Virus record (IMG/VR): IMGVR_UViG_3300008119_000003
Location: 56,321 to 120,320 of that record
Direction: 5' to 3' (one strand)
Source: a virus
Length of the DNA: 64,000 nucleotides
In this document: piece by piece, positions 15,533 to 26,664 of the stretch
How the letters are laid out: every line of letters starts with the position of its first letter
How positions within the stretch are numbered: position 1 is the first letter of the stretch
Translations under genes and position numbers: made by a program
The notes under the pieces: model-generated
Seen by the model: only the letters and a program-made list of their open reading frames with translations
What the model was told of the DNA's origin: nothing
Database searches by the model: none

Positions 15533-15723
15533 TGCTTCAGTTAGATCCAATGCTCCCGATTAAAAGGATATCGGATAATATGGAAGGCTATGCTTTTCTT
15601 ATTATAGATTATTCTCAGGAGCATGATCTACTGTTCACATGTGCTATGGATGACGGAGAGATTTGGACTCTTAATAATAAAGAAATACGCTTTTGTAAAA
15701 ATATAAGCCTAGACAGAAAATGA
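15529..15723 (+). CDS. hypothetical protein
   Basis: 64 aa with overlapping ATGA junctions at both ends. Confidence 0.7.
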   Translation: MMLQLDPMLPIKRISDNMEGYAFLIIDYSQEHDLLFTCAMDDGEIWTLNNKEIRFCKNISLDRK

Positions 15724-16238
15724 TTGTTAAACTATTTGATATACAGAATCATAAGGTGATTCCTACAGAACATTGCTATACTTTAAGTACGTTAAAGAAT
15801 ATTATGGATAAGTATCCAGAACAGTACTTAAAGATCTACGAGTACTTATTCTATATGACCTGCCCTAATCCTGATTTAAATCCTTTCTTTTATATTGAGG
15901 ATATTCATAAGGAAGATATTATCTTAGCTGAAATTGAAGCAGACTTTAGTCCAGAGGATGATTATATCCCCGGTGCATTACAGTTCTGCAAGAAGTTATA
16001 TGAAACACCAACATCGAGAGCTTATAATGGTATCAAGAAGATGCTAGATAATCTTGCAACCTATATGGAAAAAACTCAGATAACTGATGGAAGAGATGGT
16101 AATATAACAGCGTTAGTTAATGCTGCATCAAAATACCAACAAATCAGAGAGAGTTATAAAGGTGCTTATAAAGACCTTCAAGAGGAACAAACTAGTCATG
16201 TTCGCGGAGGAGCAGGACTTGCATATGATCAAATGTAA
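15720..16238 (+). CDS. conserved phage protein, possible terminase small subunit
   Basis: 172 aa, helical, upstream of terL; function inferred from position only. Confidence 0.5.
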   Translation: MIVKLFDIQNHKVIPTEHCYTLSTLKNIMDKYPEQYLKIYEYLFYMTCPNPDLNPFFYIEDIHKEDIILAEIEADFSPEDDYIPGALQFCKKLYETPTSRAYNGIKKMLDNLATYMEKTQITDGRDGNITALVNAASKYQQIRESYKGAYKDLQEEQTSHVRGGAGLAYDQM

Positions 16239-16254
16239 TCTTAACTAATATACA

Positions 16255-16917
16255 ATGGCTACTGAAAACATTAAGAAGAACCCGCCAAAGGGAGATATAA
16301 AGTTTGCAATAACTTTATCTGAGGAGCAGAAGAGAGCTAAAGAACTAATTTTAGCAAAGCCTTATAACTTTATTATTGGTCAAGCTGGTAGTGGTAAAAC
16401 ACTATTGGCTGTACAGATAGCCTTAGACCTATACTTTAAACGTGAGGTCAACAAGATAATTATAACAAGACCTACTATATCTACAGAGGACAATGGATTT
16501 TTACCAGGATCTGAAAAAGAAAAGATGGAGCCTTGGTTAGTACCTATCAAATCTAACATTAAAAAGGTTTACGATAAGCCTGATATCATTACTAAGTTAG
16601 AAGATTCAGAAGCTTTAGAACTAGTATCCCTTACACACTTTAGAGGTAGAACCTTTGAGAATGCCGTATGCATTATAGATGAATGTCAAAACTTAACTAA
16701 ACCTCAGCTCCAAATGTGCTTAGGTAGATTAGGTAAAGGATCATTAATGATCTTTACAGGAGATAATCACCAGATAGATCTTAAGTTTAAGAATGACTCT
16801 GCTATTCATGAGGTTCCTAAACTAGAAAAATCTCAATGGGTAAATAAAGTAGTTCTGAAAGATAATCATAGACATGAGGCGTTAAATGAAGTTCTAAGAT
16901 TACTAAATGAATATTAA
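16255..16917 (+). CDS. phoH: PhoH-family ATPase
   Basis: GQAGSGKT, IITRP, GFLPG, RGRTF, IIDECQN, GDNHQID and NHRH motifs. Confidence 0.95.
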   Translation: MATENIKKNPPKGDIKFAITLSEEQKRAKELILAKPYNFIIGQAGSGKTLLAVQIALDLYFKREVNKIIITRPTISTEDNGFLPGSEKEKMEPWLVPIKSNIKKVYDKPDIITKLEDSEALELVSLTHFRGRTFENAVCIIDECQNLTKPQLQMCLGRLGKGSLMIFTGDNHQIDLKFKNDSAIHEVPKLEKSQWVNKVVLKDNHRHEALNEVLRLLNEY

Positions 16918-19120
16918 TAACAACATACAAATACCTACTTATGAAAACGGAGTATGGACTGTGTCTACTTTTGATACTAGAGATGCTTTTAGGGATTTTG
17001 TGGTATCTATATTTAAGGAGCCAGGTAAGTATAAGTTTAATGAGACTAGTCTTAAATTTAACGAGCAAGCCCGTTTGTTTAATCAACAAGGTTTTTATTG
17101 CGCTTCGCCTCAAGGCACTAAGGACTTTATTATTTACTGGAACGACCAAAAAAATAAATGTCGAGTAGGGGCAATTTACAAGGATGGTAAGGATACATGG
17201 TACATACCACGTGATTATTACATGTGGCTAAACTTCCTACCTATCTTTAATAAGGAAACCCAGAAGTTTGGTTTTGCTGATGTCCGTGATGCCCAGTATC
17301 ATATGGCTCTTTACGAATGTCTAGCAGAATTACATTATAGACATGTAGCTATCTTAAAGAAACGTCAGATTGCATCATCATATTACCATGCGGGTAAGTT
17401 AATTAATCAGATTTGGTTTGAAGAAGGGGTTACCCTTAAAATGGGCGCCAGCCTTAAAGATTATATTAATGAGAAAGGTACTTGGAAATTCTTAAATGAA
17501 TATGAGGCTTTCTTAAATCAGCATACTGCCTGGTACCGCCCTATGAACCCTAATAAGGTTATGATGTGGCAGCAGAAGATTGAGACAGTGTCCGGAATAA
17601 ACAGACGTAAGTCGGAAGTAGGTCTTAAAGGTGTAATGCAAGGGATGTCCTTTGAGAAAGATCCTACTAACGGGGTAGGGGGACCATGCAAGTACTTCTT
17701 CCATGAGGAGGCCGGGATTGCTCCTAAGATGGATACAACTTTTGAGTACATCCGTCCTGCTATGAAATCCGGTTTTATGACTACCGGGATGTTTATTGCT
17801 GCAGGATCTGTCGGAGATCTATCTCAATGCGAGCCTCTTAAGAAAATGATTACCCGACCTGAAGGTAATGACATTTATGCCATTGAATCTACATTACTAG
17901 ATGAAACAGGCGCAAAAGGGATGACGGGACTCTTTATTCCTGAGCAATGGTCGATGCCTCCTTTTATAGATCAATACGGTAACTCTAAAGTAGAGGAAGC
18001 GCTAGTTGCTTTAGATGAGCAATTTTCACAATGGAAAACGGAACTGGATCCACAAGAGTTTCAACTTCGTATATCCCAGCACCCTAGAACTATTAAGGAA
18101 GCATTTGATTTTAGATCTGTATCTGTTTTTCCATCACATCTTATTACAGCACAAACTCGACGTATTGAAGATAAAGAATATGCTGAGGAGCATTTAGACA
18201 TTTACAGAAACGAAAAGGGCGAACCAGCAGTAACATCCACAAATAAGTTACCTATCAGAGAGTTTCCTATTACAAAAAATACTGAGGATAAAACAGGATG
18301 TCTTGTAGTATGGGATAGACCAGTAGAAAATCCAGAGTTTGGAATGTACTATGCATCTGTCGATCCCGTGGGAGAAGGTAAGACTACTACATCCGATTCT
18401 CTATGTGCAATATATGTATACAAAACATCTGTTGAAGTAACTAAAAAAGATGTAGATGGGGTTCAAACATTTATTGAAAATGATAAGATAGTGGCAGCAT
18501 GGTGCGGCCGTTTTGATGATATCAATAAAACACATGAGAGATTAGAGCTTATTATAGAATGGTATAACGCATGGACCATTGTGGAAAATAACATTCCACA
18601 GTTTATTACCCATATGATTAACCGTAAAAAGCAAAAGTATCTAGTACCAAGACAGCAAATTTTATTCTTAAAAGATATAGGAGCTAATGCTAATGTATTC
18701 CAGGAGTATGGCTGGCGTAATACGGGTACTTTATTTAAAAGTCATATGATAAGTTATGCAATCGAGTTTGTTAGACAAGAGCTTGATCAAATAACTCTAG
18801 AGGACGGTAAAGTTGTTAAAACAGTTTTTGGTATTGAACGTATTCCTGATATAATGCTGCTTAGAGAAATGATGGCATATAGAGATGGGGTCAATGTCGA
18901 TAGACTTGTATCGTTTGCTGCTTTAGTAGCTTTTGCTAAAGTACAACAAGCTAATAGGGGTTATAAAAAACGTTTTGAAGAGACAGCAGCGTCAAAAAAC
19001 TTGGATAACACCAATAAATTCAGTAAATTAAATATGAGCCCTTTCCGTCACATGGGCGGAGGAGGTCATAAATTTTCAGGTATGAAAGTACCTAAAAATC
19101 CATTTAGAAACATAAGATAG
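16907..19120 (+). CDS. terL: terminase large subunit
   Basis: LKKRQIASSY (Walker A variant), FFHEEAG (Walker B), YYASVDPVG nuclease motif and NVDR; lies directly before the portal gene. Confidence 0.9.
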   Translation: MNINNNIQIPTYENGVWTVSTFDTRDAFRDFVVSIFKEPGKYKFNETSLKFNEQARLFNQQGFYCASPQGTKDFIIYWNDQKNKCRVGAIYKDGKDTWYIPRDYYMWLNFLPIFNKETQKFGFADVRDAQYHMALYECLAELHYRHVAILKKRQIASSYYHAGKLINQIWFEEGVTLKMGASLKDYINEKGTWKFLNEYEAFLNQHTAWYRPMNPNKVMMWQQKIETVSGINRRKSEVGLKGVMQGMSFEKDPTNGVGGPCKYFFHEEAGIAPKMDTTFEYIRPAMKSGFMTTGMFIAAGSVGDLSQCEPLKKMITRPEGNDIYAIESTLLDETGAKGMTGLFIPEQWSMPPFIDQYGNSKVEEALVALDEQFSQWKTELDPQEFQLRISQHPRTIKEAFDFRSVSVFPSHLITAQTRRIEDKEYAEEHLDIYRNEKGEPAVTSTNKLPIREFPITKNTEDKTGCLVVWDRPVENPEFGMYYASVDPVGEGKTTTSDSLCAIYVYKTSVEVTKKDVDGVQTFIENDKIVAAWCGRFDDINKTHERLELIIEWYNAWTIVENNIPQFITHMINRKKQKYLVPRQQILFLKDIGANANVFQEYGWRNTGTLFKSHMISYAIEFVRQELDQITLEDGKVVKTVFGIERIPDIMLLREMMAYRDGVNVDRLVSFAALVAFAKVQQANRGYKKRFEETAASKNLDNTNKFSKLNMSPFRHMGGGGHKFSGMKVPKNPFRNIR

Positions 19121-19121
19121 T

Positions 19122-21872
19122 ATGCAGATATATAATGCAATGCAGATTAAGGCTGGGGCCAAGGTTGAGTACAACAAAATGGGTACTCTTAACCAGCCTA
19201 TTCAGTTTATTCCTAGAAGTGAGAAGGATACTGACTGGGCAGCCTGGAACCTAGACTGGTTAGAATGGAAAGGCTTACAGCACGTACGCCGTAATGCTCG
19301 TCGCCTGATGAAGAACTATAAACTTGCAAAAGGTATTATAGATAGGGGTGACTATATTATCGAAGAGGATAATGAATATGCGGATCTTATTGAAACCCTT
19401 ACTAAAGAGGATGCATCAGCATTAGAGCTAAAGTTCTATCCTATTATTCCAAATGTTATTAATACTCTTGTTGCTGAATTTGCAAAACGTTCTAGCGCTA
19501 TTACTTATAAGTCTGTTGATGAGACATCTTATAATGAAATGATGGAACTTAAGAGAAGTCAAATCGAAGATTCTCTTACTAAAGCAGCAGAACAACAATT
19601 AATGATGAAACTTGCTGAGGATGGTGTAGATGTTAATTCAGAAGAATATCAGCAAGCATTATCTCCAGAAAATGTTAAATCTTTACCAGAGATCCAAGAC
19701 TTTTTTACTAAGTCTTATAAGTCTTTAGTAGAGCAATGGGCGTCTCACCAACATCAGGTAGACGTAGAACGTTTTAAATTAGACGAGTTAGAGGAAAGAG
19801 GTTTCCGCGATATGTTGATTACAGACCGCGAGTTCTGGCATTTCCGTATGATGGAGGATGACTATGATCTAGAGTTATGGAATCCAGTACTTACATTCTA
19901 CCATAAATCTCCTGATGCACGTTATATATCTCAGGGTCAATGGGTTGGTAAATATGATATGATGACCGTAGCAGATGTTATTGACCGTTACGGATGGTTG
20001 ATGACAGAGGAGCAGATGAATACTCTAGAGCAAATCTATCCTGTACGCTCTGCTGGTTACCCTATTCAAGGTTATCAAAACGATGGTACCTATTATGACG
20101 GTACTAAGTCTCATGACTGGAATACCAATATGCCTTCTTTAGGATACCGTCAATATACTTCAATGTGGGATAATACTCTACGCGGGGGAGATATTGTTAA
20201 CTGGATTCTTTCAGATAGCGAAGACTGGTTCGATATGGGTATGACCAACTTACTACGTGTAACTACAGTTTACTGGAAGTCACAACGTAAAGTAGGGCAT
20301 TTAACTAAGATCGATGATATGGGATCTGTTACTACGGATCTTATAGATGAATCATATAAGATTACGGATAAACCTCTTTATAATACGGATCTCTTTAAAA
20401 ATAAGACGAAGGATAACTTGTTATTCGGAGAACATATAGATTGGATCTGGATTAACGAAGTATGGGGAGGAGTAAAGATTGGACCTAACCATCCAACTTA
20501 TTGGGGAACTAATAACCCAGGTGGTATTAATCCTATTTACTTAGGTATTAACCAGAATAATATTGCGCCAATAAAATTCCAGTTTAAAGGTGATGACAGC
20601 CTATACGGATGTAAGCTTCCTGTAGAAGGTTCTGTATTCTCAGACCGTAATACAAGATCTACATCTCTAGTAGACTTAATGAAGCCTTTCCAGATTGGAT
20701 ATAACATTGTAAATAATCAGATTGCTGACATCCTTGTAGATGAATTAGGAACTGTTATCTTACTGGATCAGAATGCTTTACCAAGACATTCTTTAGGAGA
20801 AGACTGGGGAAAGAACAACTTAGCCAAAGCATATGTGGCTATGAAGAACTTCCAGATGCTCCCATTAGATACTACTATTTCTAATACAGAGAATCCTTTA
20901 GCGTTCCAGCACTACCAGAAATTAGATCTAGAACAGACTAATCGTTTGATGTCTCGTATTCAATTAGCTCAGTATTTTAAAACACAGGCTTTCGAAGTAA
21001 TTGGTATTACTCCACAACGACTTGGTCAGCAAATTGGTCAGCAAACTGCTACGGGGATTGAACAGTCTTTGAATGCATCTTATGCTCAAACTGAAACTTA
21101 CTTTATACAACACTGTGATTATTTAATGCCTCGCGTACATGCTATGCGTACAGACTTAGCGCAGTACTATAACTCCACTAAACCATCAGTACGCCTACAA
21201 TATATTACTTCAGCAGATGAAAGAAAGAATTTCGAGATTAATGGCACTGACCTTCTTCTTAGAGACCTTAATATTTTTTGTACTACTAAAGCTAATCATC
21301 GTTCCGTTTTGGAGCAGCTTAAACAAATGGCTGTTTCTAATAACACTTCTGGTGCTTCCATTTATGATCTGGGTAACATACTTATGGCTGATTCGATTCC
21401 TGACGTTACTCAAATACTTAAGAAGACTGAAGCGAAAGCTCAGCAACAGCGTCAAGAGGAGATGCAGCAACAACAACAGATGCAAGAACAAATGATTCAG
21501 GCTAAGCAAGAAGAGGCAAAAATGAAAATGGAGTTTGAAGCTGCTGAAAATGAGAAAGATAGACAGAATAGAATCTATGAGGCCAAGATTAAATCTGCCG
21601 GCTTTGGCGCTGCTGTAGATATTAATCAAAACCAGCAAAGTGATTATCAAGATGCTCTTAAAGAAATCAATCGTACTGAAGCTCAGAACGAAAACATTAA
21701 TCTTCAAAGAGAAAAAGAAGTCTCTAGGATGACAGAGCATCGCGATAAGATGGGGATCGAACAAGAAAAAATTAATACGCAGCTAAAGATTGCGCAAACA
21801 CAACTGGACATAGCTAGAGAAAATAAAAACAAATTTGACAAAAAGTCGAATGATAAGAATAAGAAAAAGTAA
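19122..21872 (+). CDS. portal protein, crAss-like
   Basis: 916 aa after TerL; YPIIPNVINTLVAE, WIWINEVWGG, SLVDLMKPFQ, TATGIEQ and a long coiled-coil C-terminus. Confidence 0.9.
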   Translation: MQIYNAMQIKAGAKVEYNKMGTLNQPIQFIPRSEKDTDWAAWNLDWLEWKGLQHVRRNARRLMKNYKLAKGIIDRGDYIIEEDNEYADLIETLTKEDASALELKFYPIIPNVINTLVAEFAKRSSAITYKSVDETSYNEMMELKRSQIEDSLTKAAEQQLMMKLAEDGVDVNSEEYQQALSPENVKSLPEIQDFFTKSYKSLVEQWASHQHQVDVERFKLDELEERGFRDMLITDREFWHFRMMEDDYDLELWNPVLTFYHKSPDARYISQGQWVGKYDMMTVADVIDRYGWLMTEEQMNTLEQIYPVRSAGYPIQGYQNDGTYYDGTKSHDWNTNMPSLGYRQYTSMWDNTLRGGDIVNWILSDSEDWFDMGMTNLLRVTTVYWKSQRKVGHLTKIDDMGSVTTDLIDESYKITDKPLYNTDLFKNKTKDNLLFGEHIDWIWINEVWGGVKIGPNHPTYWGTNNPGGINPIYLGINQNNIAPIKFQFKGDDSLYGCKLPVEGSVFSDRNTRSTSLVDLMKPFQIGYNIVNNQIADILVDELGTVILLDQNALPRHSLGEDWGKNNLAKAYVAMKNFQMLPLDTTISNTENPLAFQHYQKLDLEQTNRLMSRIQLAQYFKTQAFEVIGITPQRLGQQIGQQTATGIEQSLNASYAQTETYFIQHCDYLMPRVHAMRTDLAQYYNSTKPSVRLQYITSADERKNFEINGTDLLLRDLNIFCTTKANHRSVLEQLKQMAVSNNTSGASIYDLGNILMADSIPDVTQILKKTEAKAQQQRQEEMQQQQQMQEQMIQAKQEEAKMKMEFEAAENEKDRQNRIYEAKIKSAGFGAAVDINQNQQSDYQDALKEINRTEAQNENINLQREKEVSRMTEHRDKMGIEQEKINTQLKIAQTQLDIARENKNKFDKKSNDKNKKK

Positions 21873-21978
21873 GCTTTTGCTATAAAATCAGCTATATTTT
21901 TTCTAACTACTTAATTTTTAAAGTTTAAACCATAGATTTGCGTATATTAATATTGTAGAGAATTAAAAAACCAACCAT

Positions 21979-23193
21979 ATGTCTACACAGAATGCAGAAA
22001 CTACCTCTATTGAACAAGTAGAGATGAACCTAGACGAGATTCTAGGAACCCCGGGAGCAGAAAACGTTATGCTTCCAGAAGAGGAGAAAAAGCCGAGCAT
22101 GTTTAGCTCGCCTAAAGTAGACCTCAGTTTTGTTGACAAGGCCGACGATGAAGACGAAGGCGAAGAAAAAGAAACCGCATCTATAGATGATGTAATTGGC
22201 GAAGTTGATCCTGATTCAGATTTCAGAAAAAAAGAAGAAGCTGATGATAAACCAAAGGCCGGAAGACCTAAGGTGGACAAAAGCGGAATGGCAGAGCTAG
22301 TTAATAAACTTATAGAAGCAGGTAAGTTAGTTCCGTTTGAGGACGAGAAACCTATGGAAGAGTATACCATTAAGGATTACGAAGAACTTATTGAGGCAAA
22401 CTTTGCTGAGATTGAGAACAAAGTAAGACAGGAGACTCCAGTAGAGTTTTTTGAATCTCTTCCAGAAGAACTTCAGTATGCAGCTAAATATGTGGCAGAT
22501 GGAGGTCAGGATCTAAAAGGACTGTTTAAAATTCTTGCGCAAGCTGAAGAAGTTCGTGAATTAAATCCAAGTTCTGAGAGAGACCAAGAACAAATTGTAC
22601 GTGAATATTTACGTGCAACTAACTTTGGTTCAGCAGAAGATATTGAAGAAGAGATCGACGGTTGGAGAGACCGTGGAGACTTAGAAGCAAAAGCTCTTAA
22701 GTTTAAACCAAAGTTGGATAAAATGCAGGAGCATGTTGTAGCTCAGAGACTTGCTAAACAAGAGCAAATGAAGAGGCAACAACAAGCAGCATCTGAAGCA
22801 TATATGCAAAACGTATATAATACAGTTGCCGCTGCAGATCTAAACGGAATTAAGTTAGATAAACGTACGCAGAATATGATTTATACAGGACTAGTACAAC
22901 CTAGTTACCCGTCTATCTCAGGTAAGCAAACTAATCTATTAGGACATCTATTAGAGAAGTATCAATACGTTGAACCTAACTATAATAAAATTGCTAAAGT
23001 ACTTTGGTTACTTGCTGACGAGGAAGGATACGAATCGAAAGTAAAGGAACAAGGTAAAGCAGCACAAGTGGAGAAAACAGTACGTCAGCTTAAGACTGAA
23101 CAAGCTAAGATGGCTACAAGTACTCCAGTTGTAGAGAAAGAAGAAACAACCCAAAGAAGAATCCCACGAAGTGGTAACTTCTTTAAACGATAA
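21979..23193 (+). CDS. acidic scaffold-like protein
   Basis: Very acidic N-terminus and helical C-terminus, between portal and major capsid protein as in crAss-like phages. Confidence 0.7.
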   Translation: MSTQNAETTSIEQVEMNLDEILGTPGAENVMLPEEEKKPSMFSSPKVDLSFVDKADDEDEGEEKETASIDDVIGEVDPDSDFRKKEEADDKPKAGRPKVDKSGMAELVNKLIEAGKLVPFEDEKPMEEYTIKDYEELIEANFAEIENKVRQETPVEFFESLPEELQYAAKYVADGGQDLKGLFKILAQAEEVRELNPSSERDQEQIVREYLRATNFGSAEDIEEEIDGWRDRGDLEAKALKFKPKLDKMQEHVVAQRLAKQEQMKRQQQAASEAYMQNVYNTVAAADLNGIKLDKRTQNMIYTGLVQPSYPSISGKQTNLLGHLLEKYQYVEPNYNKIAKVLWLLADEEGYESKVKEQGKAAQVEKTVRQLKTEQAKMATSTPVVEKEETTQRRIPRSGNFFKR

Positions 23194-23219
23194 AATAACC
23201 CTTAAATAAATAAATAAAA

Positions 23220-24839
23220 ATGCCAACTCCAGTTTTAAACAATGGTATATTTCTACGAGATACCAACTACGCCGCTAGTTCACACGTAGATTCTTACCAC
23301 TTAGTTAACATGCTAAAGAATGCTGAGCCTATGGATTTAGGACCAGTAGATCTTTGGGCAATGGCTCAAAAAATTGAGATGCCTTTGTACCAGATGTCTA
23401 GCTTCGGTGGAAAGAACGTAATTAATGTTGATAATGCTCGCGGAGAGTACAAATGGCAAACGCCAGTTGTATTAGATCTTCCTTACATTGTTGACGATGT
23501 TGAATTAAATGGAGCTACAGCAGTAGGTGCTGATGGTTCTCTATTTAAAATTAAACTTTCACGTCGCGAATTTGGACATGGTGATATCATCACTTATGAC
23601 AAGTACAACGGTGCTGAAATGTACATCACTGCTGATGATATCTTCCCAGTAGGTGATGGTTTTGTGTATACTGTACAATTGGTAAACAACGATAACGCTT
23701 TTGCATTATCTTCTGCTTACCTTGCACCAGGTACTAAAATCTTCCGTAAAGGTTCTGCTCGTGGTGAGTACGGAGAGCGTTTCTCTGACATCACTACACA
23801 AGCTGGTTTCCGCGAATTCTACAACTTCGTAGGAGGAGCTGAAGCGCATGTACACTATTCTGTATCTTCTCGCGCTGATCTTATGATCAAAGGCGGAATG
23901 AATGCAGATGGTACTGTACCAGTTACTGAGATCTGGCGTAACTTTGACAAGAACATTGATCCATCTATCGCTAACCTAGATTCTATGGTTTCACGTATGG
24001 GTAAGGATTACGTTAAACGTGCAATGGGTAACGGTTCTTTGTCTCGTACTTTCTTGACTACTATGGAAGCAGCTCACTTGACTAAGGTAGCTAGCGACAT
24101 TGAAACTTACTTAATGTGGGGACAAGGTGGACGCGTTCGTCAAGACGGTCCAGATGATGTACGTTTGTCAGTCGGTCTTTGGAAGCAATTGGACAACTCG
24201 TTCAAGCGCGTTTATAACAAATCTGGTTTCAACTTAGATTTGTTTCGTTCTGAATTATACAACTTCTATGCTGGTAAGGTTGACTTCCAAGGTCCAGATC
24301 CTAAGCGTCAGTTGATCGTACAAACAGGTATGGGCGGTATGCGCATGGTTAACGAAGCAATCAAACGTGAGGCTATGTCTTCAGGATTGTTGATCCAAGC
24401 TGCGGATATTGGAGCTATCACTGGTAAAGGTATGGATTTGAACTTCGGATTTGCTTACACTTCTTATGTTATCCCATTCTTGGCTAACGTTAAGTTCGTA
24501 TTGAACCCAGCATTCGATAACTTACATACTAACGATATTGAAAACCCAATTATCGATGGTTTCCCATTGTCTTCTTATAGCTTCATCATCTTTGATATTA
24601 CCGATAACACTAACGATAATATCTTCTTGTTGAAACTTAACTGGGATAACCAATTGAAATGGTGGTACCAAAACGGAACTATGGATTACATGGGTCGTAC
24701 TCAAGGATTCCAAAGTTCTGGACAGTTTAACGGATACCGCGTATATATGACACAAACAATGCCTGCAATCTGGGTTAAAGACCCGACCAAAGTATTGAAA
24801 ATCGTTATGCGTAACCCAGTTACTGGTGGATCATTCTAA
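23220..24839 (+). CDS. major capsid protein, crAss-like HK97 fold
   Basis: 539 aa with strongly biased codons, YLMWG, GLWKQL and VQTGMGG; followed by a strong terminator. Confidence 0.9.
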   Translation: MPTPVLNNGIFLRDTNYAASSHVDSYHLVNMLKNAEPMDLGPVDLWAMAQKIEMPLYQMSSFGGKNVINVDNARGEYKWQTPVVLDLPYIVDDVELNGATAVGADGSLFKIKLSRREFGHGDIITYDKYNGAEMYITADDIFPVGDGFVYTVQLVNNDNAFALSSAYLAPGTKIFRKGSARGEYGERFSDITTQAGFREFYNFVGGAEAHVHYSVSSRADLMIKGGMNADGTVPVTEIWRNFDKNIDPSIANLDSMVSRMGKDYVKRAMGNGSLSRTFLTTMEAAHLTKVASDIETYLMWGQGGRVRQDGPDDVRLSVGLWKQLDNSFKRVYNKSGFNLDLFRSELYNFYAGKVDFQGPDPKRQLIVQTGMGGMRMVNEAIKREAMSSGLLIQAADIGAITGKGMDLNFGFAYTSYVIPFLANVKFVLNPAFDNLHTNDIENPIIDGFPLSSYSFIIFDITDNTNDNIFLLKLNWDNQLKWWYQNGTMDYMGRTQGFQSSGQFNGYRVYMTQTMPAIWVKDPTKVLKIVMRNPVTGGSF

Positions 24840-24854
24840 TCTTAAATAACCTGT

Positions 24855-24892
24855 AAAAAATTGGGGGAGGCTAAAAATCTCCCCCTTTTTTT
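24855..24892 (+). terminator. intrinsic terminator
   Basis: GGGGGAGG...UCUCCCCC followed by U7. Confidence 0.85.
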
Positions 24893-24929
24893 ACTACTTT
24901 TACAAAAACCAATTAATTAAAAACCAACA

Positions 24930-25949
24930 ATGGCGACAACATTTACAAAAGTCGAAAGGTATTCCGAAACTAAAAGGAGTCCAATCGCAATTAGACCCTA
25001 CTTCGATGATCGTATCGGAAATATGGGATTAGAGAAATATGGTATGGCTCTTTACGAAGGAGTTAAACATATGGAACAATTAGCATGTCTTGAATTCAAC
25101 GGAATCAAGAGATATGTAACCGGACTTAACGAGTTTGCTCCAGAGATCAAGAGTATTCCTGATCCTGAATTAAGAGAAGCAATTATTCGTGATATCCGTA
25201 GCGTTATTGCAGAACTTGAAAAAGAACTTGCGGCTAACGTAATTGACGTTGAAGACAAAGACTTCTGGGCAAAAGTTAAATTACTTAGACCGGATAACGA
25301 TGACTTCTGGGGAAAGATTGAAATAAAAGCTGGAAACGAACCAATCTATTTGGATCCAAAAGATCCTTATGACTTGGTAAAACTTTACGCTATTAACGCT
25401 GGAGGTTTTAGTATTGTAGCGAGAAGCTATGAGGAAGCTAGATCAAAGATGCCTGCACCTAAGTTTTACTTAGACAAGCATGTTGAAACTGTTTCTACCA
25501 AAACTGAAAGTAAGAAGTTACGTAATAAAGCTCTTGCTGAATTACAGAAGTTGTTCGATAAGAATACAAACAAACTTCTTTATATTGCTAAAGTTGTAGA
25601 TACGGCTAGTGCTCAGTACAGAAAGAGTACTCCTAATGATGTTATTTATGACAATATGGATAACTTTATTAATGGTACAGGTTCTGAAAAGAATCCTAAT
25701 CGTGCTGCACAAATGTTCTTAGACGCTGCTGGTTTAGGTATGGAAGTACTTAAATTAAAGGCTATGGTTAAGGACGCTACGTTTTATAAATTTATTGTAA
25801 CAAAAGCTGATGGGTTTGTATACACTGCTGAGAAAAATATTCTTTTGGGACGTAACCAAACGGATGCAGTAGAATATTTAAACAATCCTCTTCATGAAGA
25901 TGTTTTGGTAGATTTGTTAAAAAAAGTAGAAAAATATTGGAATCAATAA
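24930..25949 (+). CDS. conserved protein downstream of the capsid gene in crAss-like gene order
   Basis: 339-aa ORF; call rests on synteny only. Confidence 0.6.
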   Translation: MATTFTKVERYSETKRSPIAIRPYFDDRIGNMGLEKYGMALYEGVKHMEQLACLEFNGIKRYVTGLNEFAPEIKSIPDPELREAIIRDIRSVIAELEKELAANVIDVEDKDFWAKVKLLRPDNDDFWGKIEIKAGNEPIYLDPKDPYDLVKLYAINAGGFSIVARSYEEARSKMPAPKFYLDKHVETVSTKTESKKLRNKALAELQKLFDKNTNKLLYIAKVVDTASAQYRKSTPNDVIYDNMDNFINGTGSEKNPNRAAQMFLDAAGLGMEVLKLKAMVKDATFYKFIVTKADGFVYTAEKNILLGRNQTDAVEYLNNPLHEDVLVDLLKKVEKYWNQ

Positions 25950-25976
25950 CTATCTTATATATAAATACTTAAAGAA

Positions 25977-26165
25977 ATGAAAAATTCAGGTGCAAAAGGT
26001 ATTGGTGGAAAATCCAATCCTAATAACATGGCAGTATTTAATGCTATTAAAAATTCTGCTGGTAAGTCTTCTGGTAAAGTAAACCCTAGCCCAGATGCTA
26101 CAAAGAAGTCTAAAGGTAAATCATCAGGTGGGGTTAATAAACCACAACCTAAACCAGGACGTTAA
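25977..26165 (+). CDS. small basic protein
   Basis: 62 aa, K/G/S-rich. Confidence 0.65.
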   Translation: MKNSGAKGIGGKSNPNNMAVFNAIKNSAGKSSGKVNPSPDATKKSKGKSSGGVNKPQPKPGR

Positions 26166-26287
26166 TGGCTATCCTTACTAAACAGGAAGCTAAAAACTTA
26201 ATTCATTATAAGAAGGCCTCTCCTCCTAAATTTGCAGGGGGAGGGACTTCTAAATGTGGCTTAGTTCAATCTTCTAAAAAGAAATAA
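26165..26287 (+). CDS. small basic protein, 40 aa, not in the track
   Basis: MAILTKQEAKNLIHYKKASPPKFAGGGTSKCGLVQSSKKK*, coupled by TAATG. Confidence 0.6.
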   Translation: MAILTKQEAKNLIHYKKASPPKFAGGGTSKCGLVQSSKKK

Positions 26288-26288
26288 C

Positions 26289-26507
26289 ATGGCAGCTAAA
26301 AAATCAACTAGCCCTAGAAAATCTACTGCTTCAATCAGTATCTCTTCTCCAAATAAAGCGGAGATGCGTAAATGGGAAATTGAATCAGCTATGAATACTT
26401 TACGTCGTGCAGAAGAAATTCGTAAGGACGCTAAGATGATGACTGATGTAAAGAAATTTGCCCAAGAACAAATCAAGATGCTAGGAGGCATGGTAAAAGG
26501 AAAATAA
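26289..26507 (+). CDS. small basic protein
   Basis: 72 aa. Confidence 0.7.
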   Translation: MAAKKSTSPRKSTASISISSPNKAEMRKWEIESAMNTLRRAEEIRKDAKMMTDVKKFAQEQIKMLGGMVKGK

Positions 26508-26508
26508 C

Positions 26509-26664
26509 ATGGCTAAAAAAGAAATGATTAAACGCAAGGACGGTAGCACATCTCAAAGAGGACTTTGGGATAACATCCGTGCTAATAAAGGTTCTGGAAA
26601 GAAACCTACAGCAGAAATGCTAAAGCAAGAAAAAAAGATTAACGCTAAATCTAAAAAGAAATGA
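26509..26664 (+). CDS. small basic protein, 51 aa, not in the track
   Basis: MAKKEMIKRKDGSTSQRGLWDNIRANKGSGKKPTAEMLKQEKKINAKSKKK*. Confidence 0.7.
   Translation: MAKKEMIKRKDGSTSQRGLWDNIRANKGSGKKPTAEMLKQEKKINAKSKKK

Noticed and set aside
16907-24839. Introns or inteins in terL, portal or capsid genes
   Set aside because: ORFs are continuous and of ordinary size, with no splice-junction or homing-endonuclease motifs seen.
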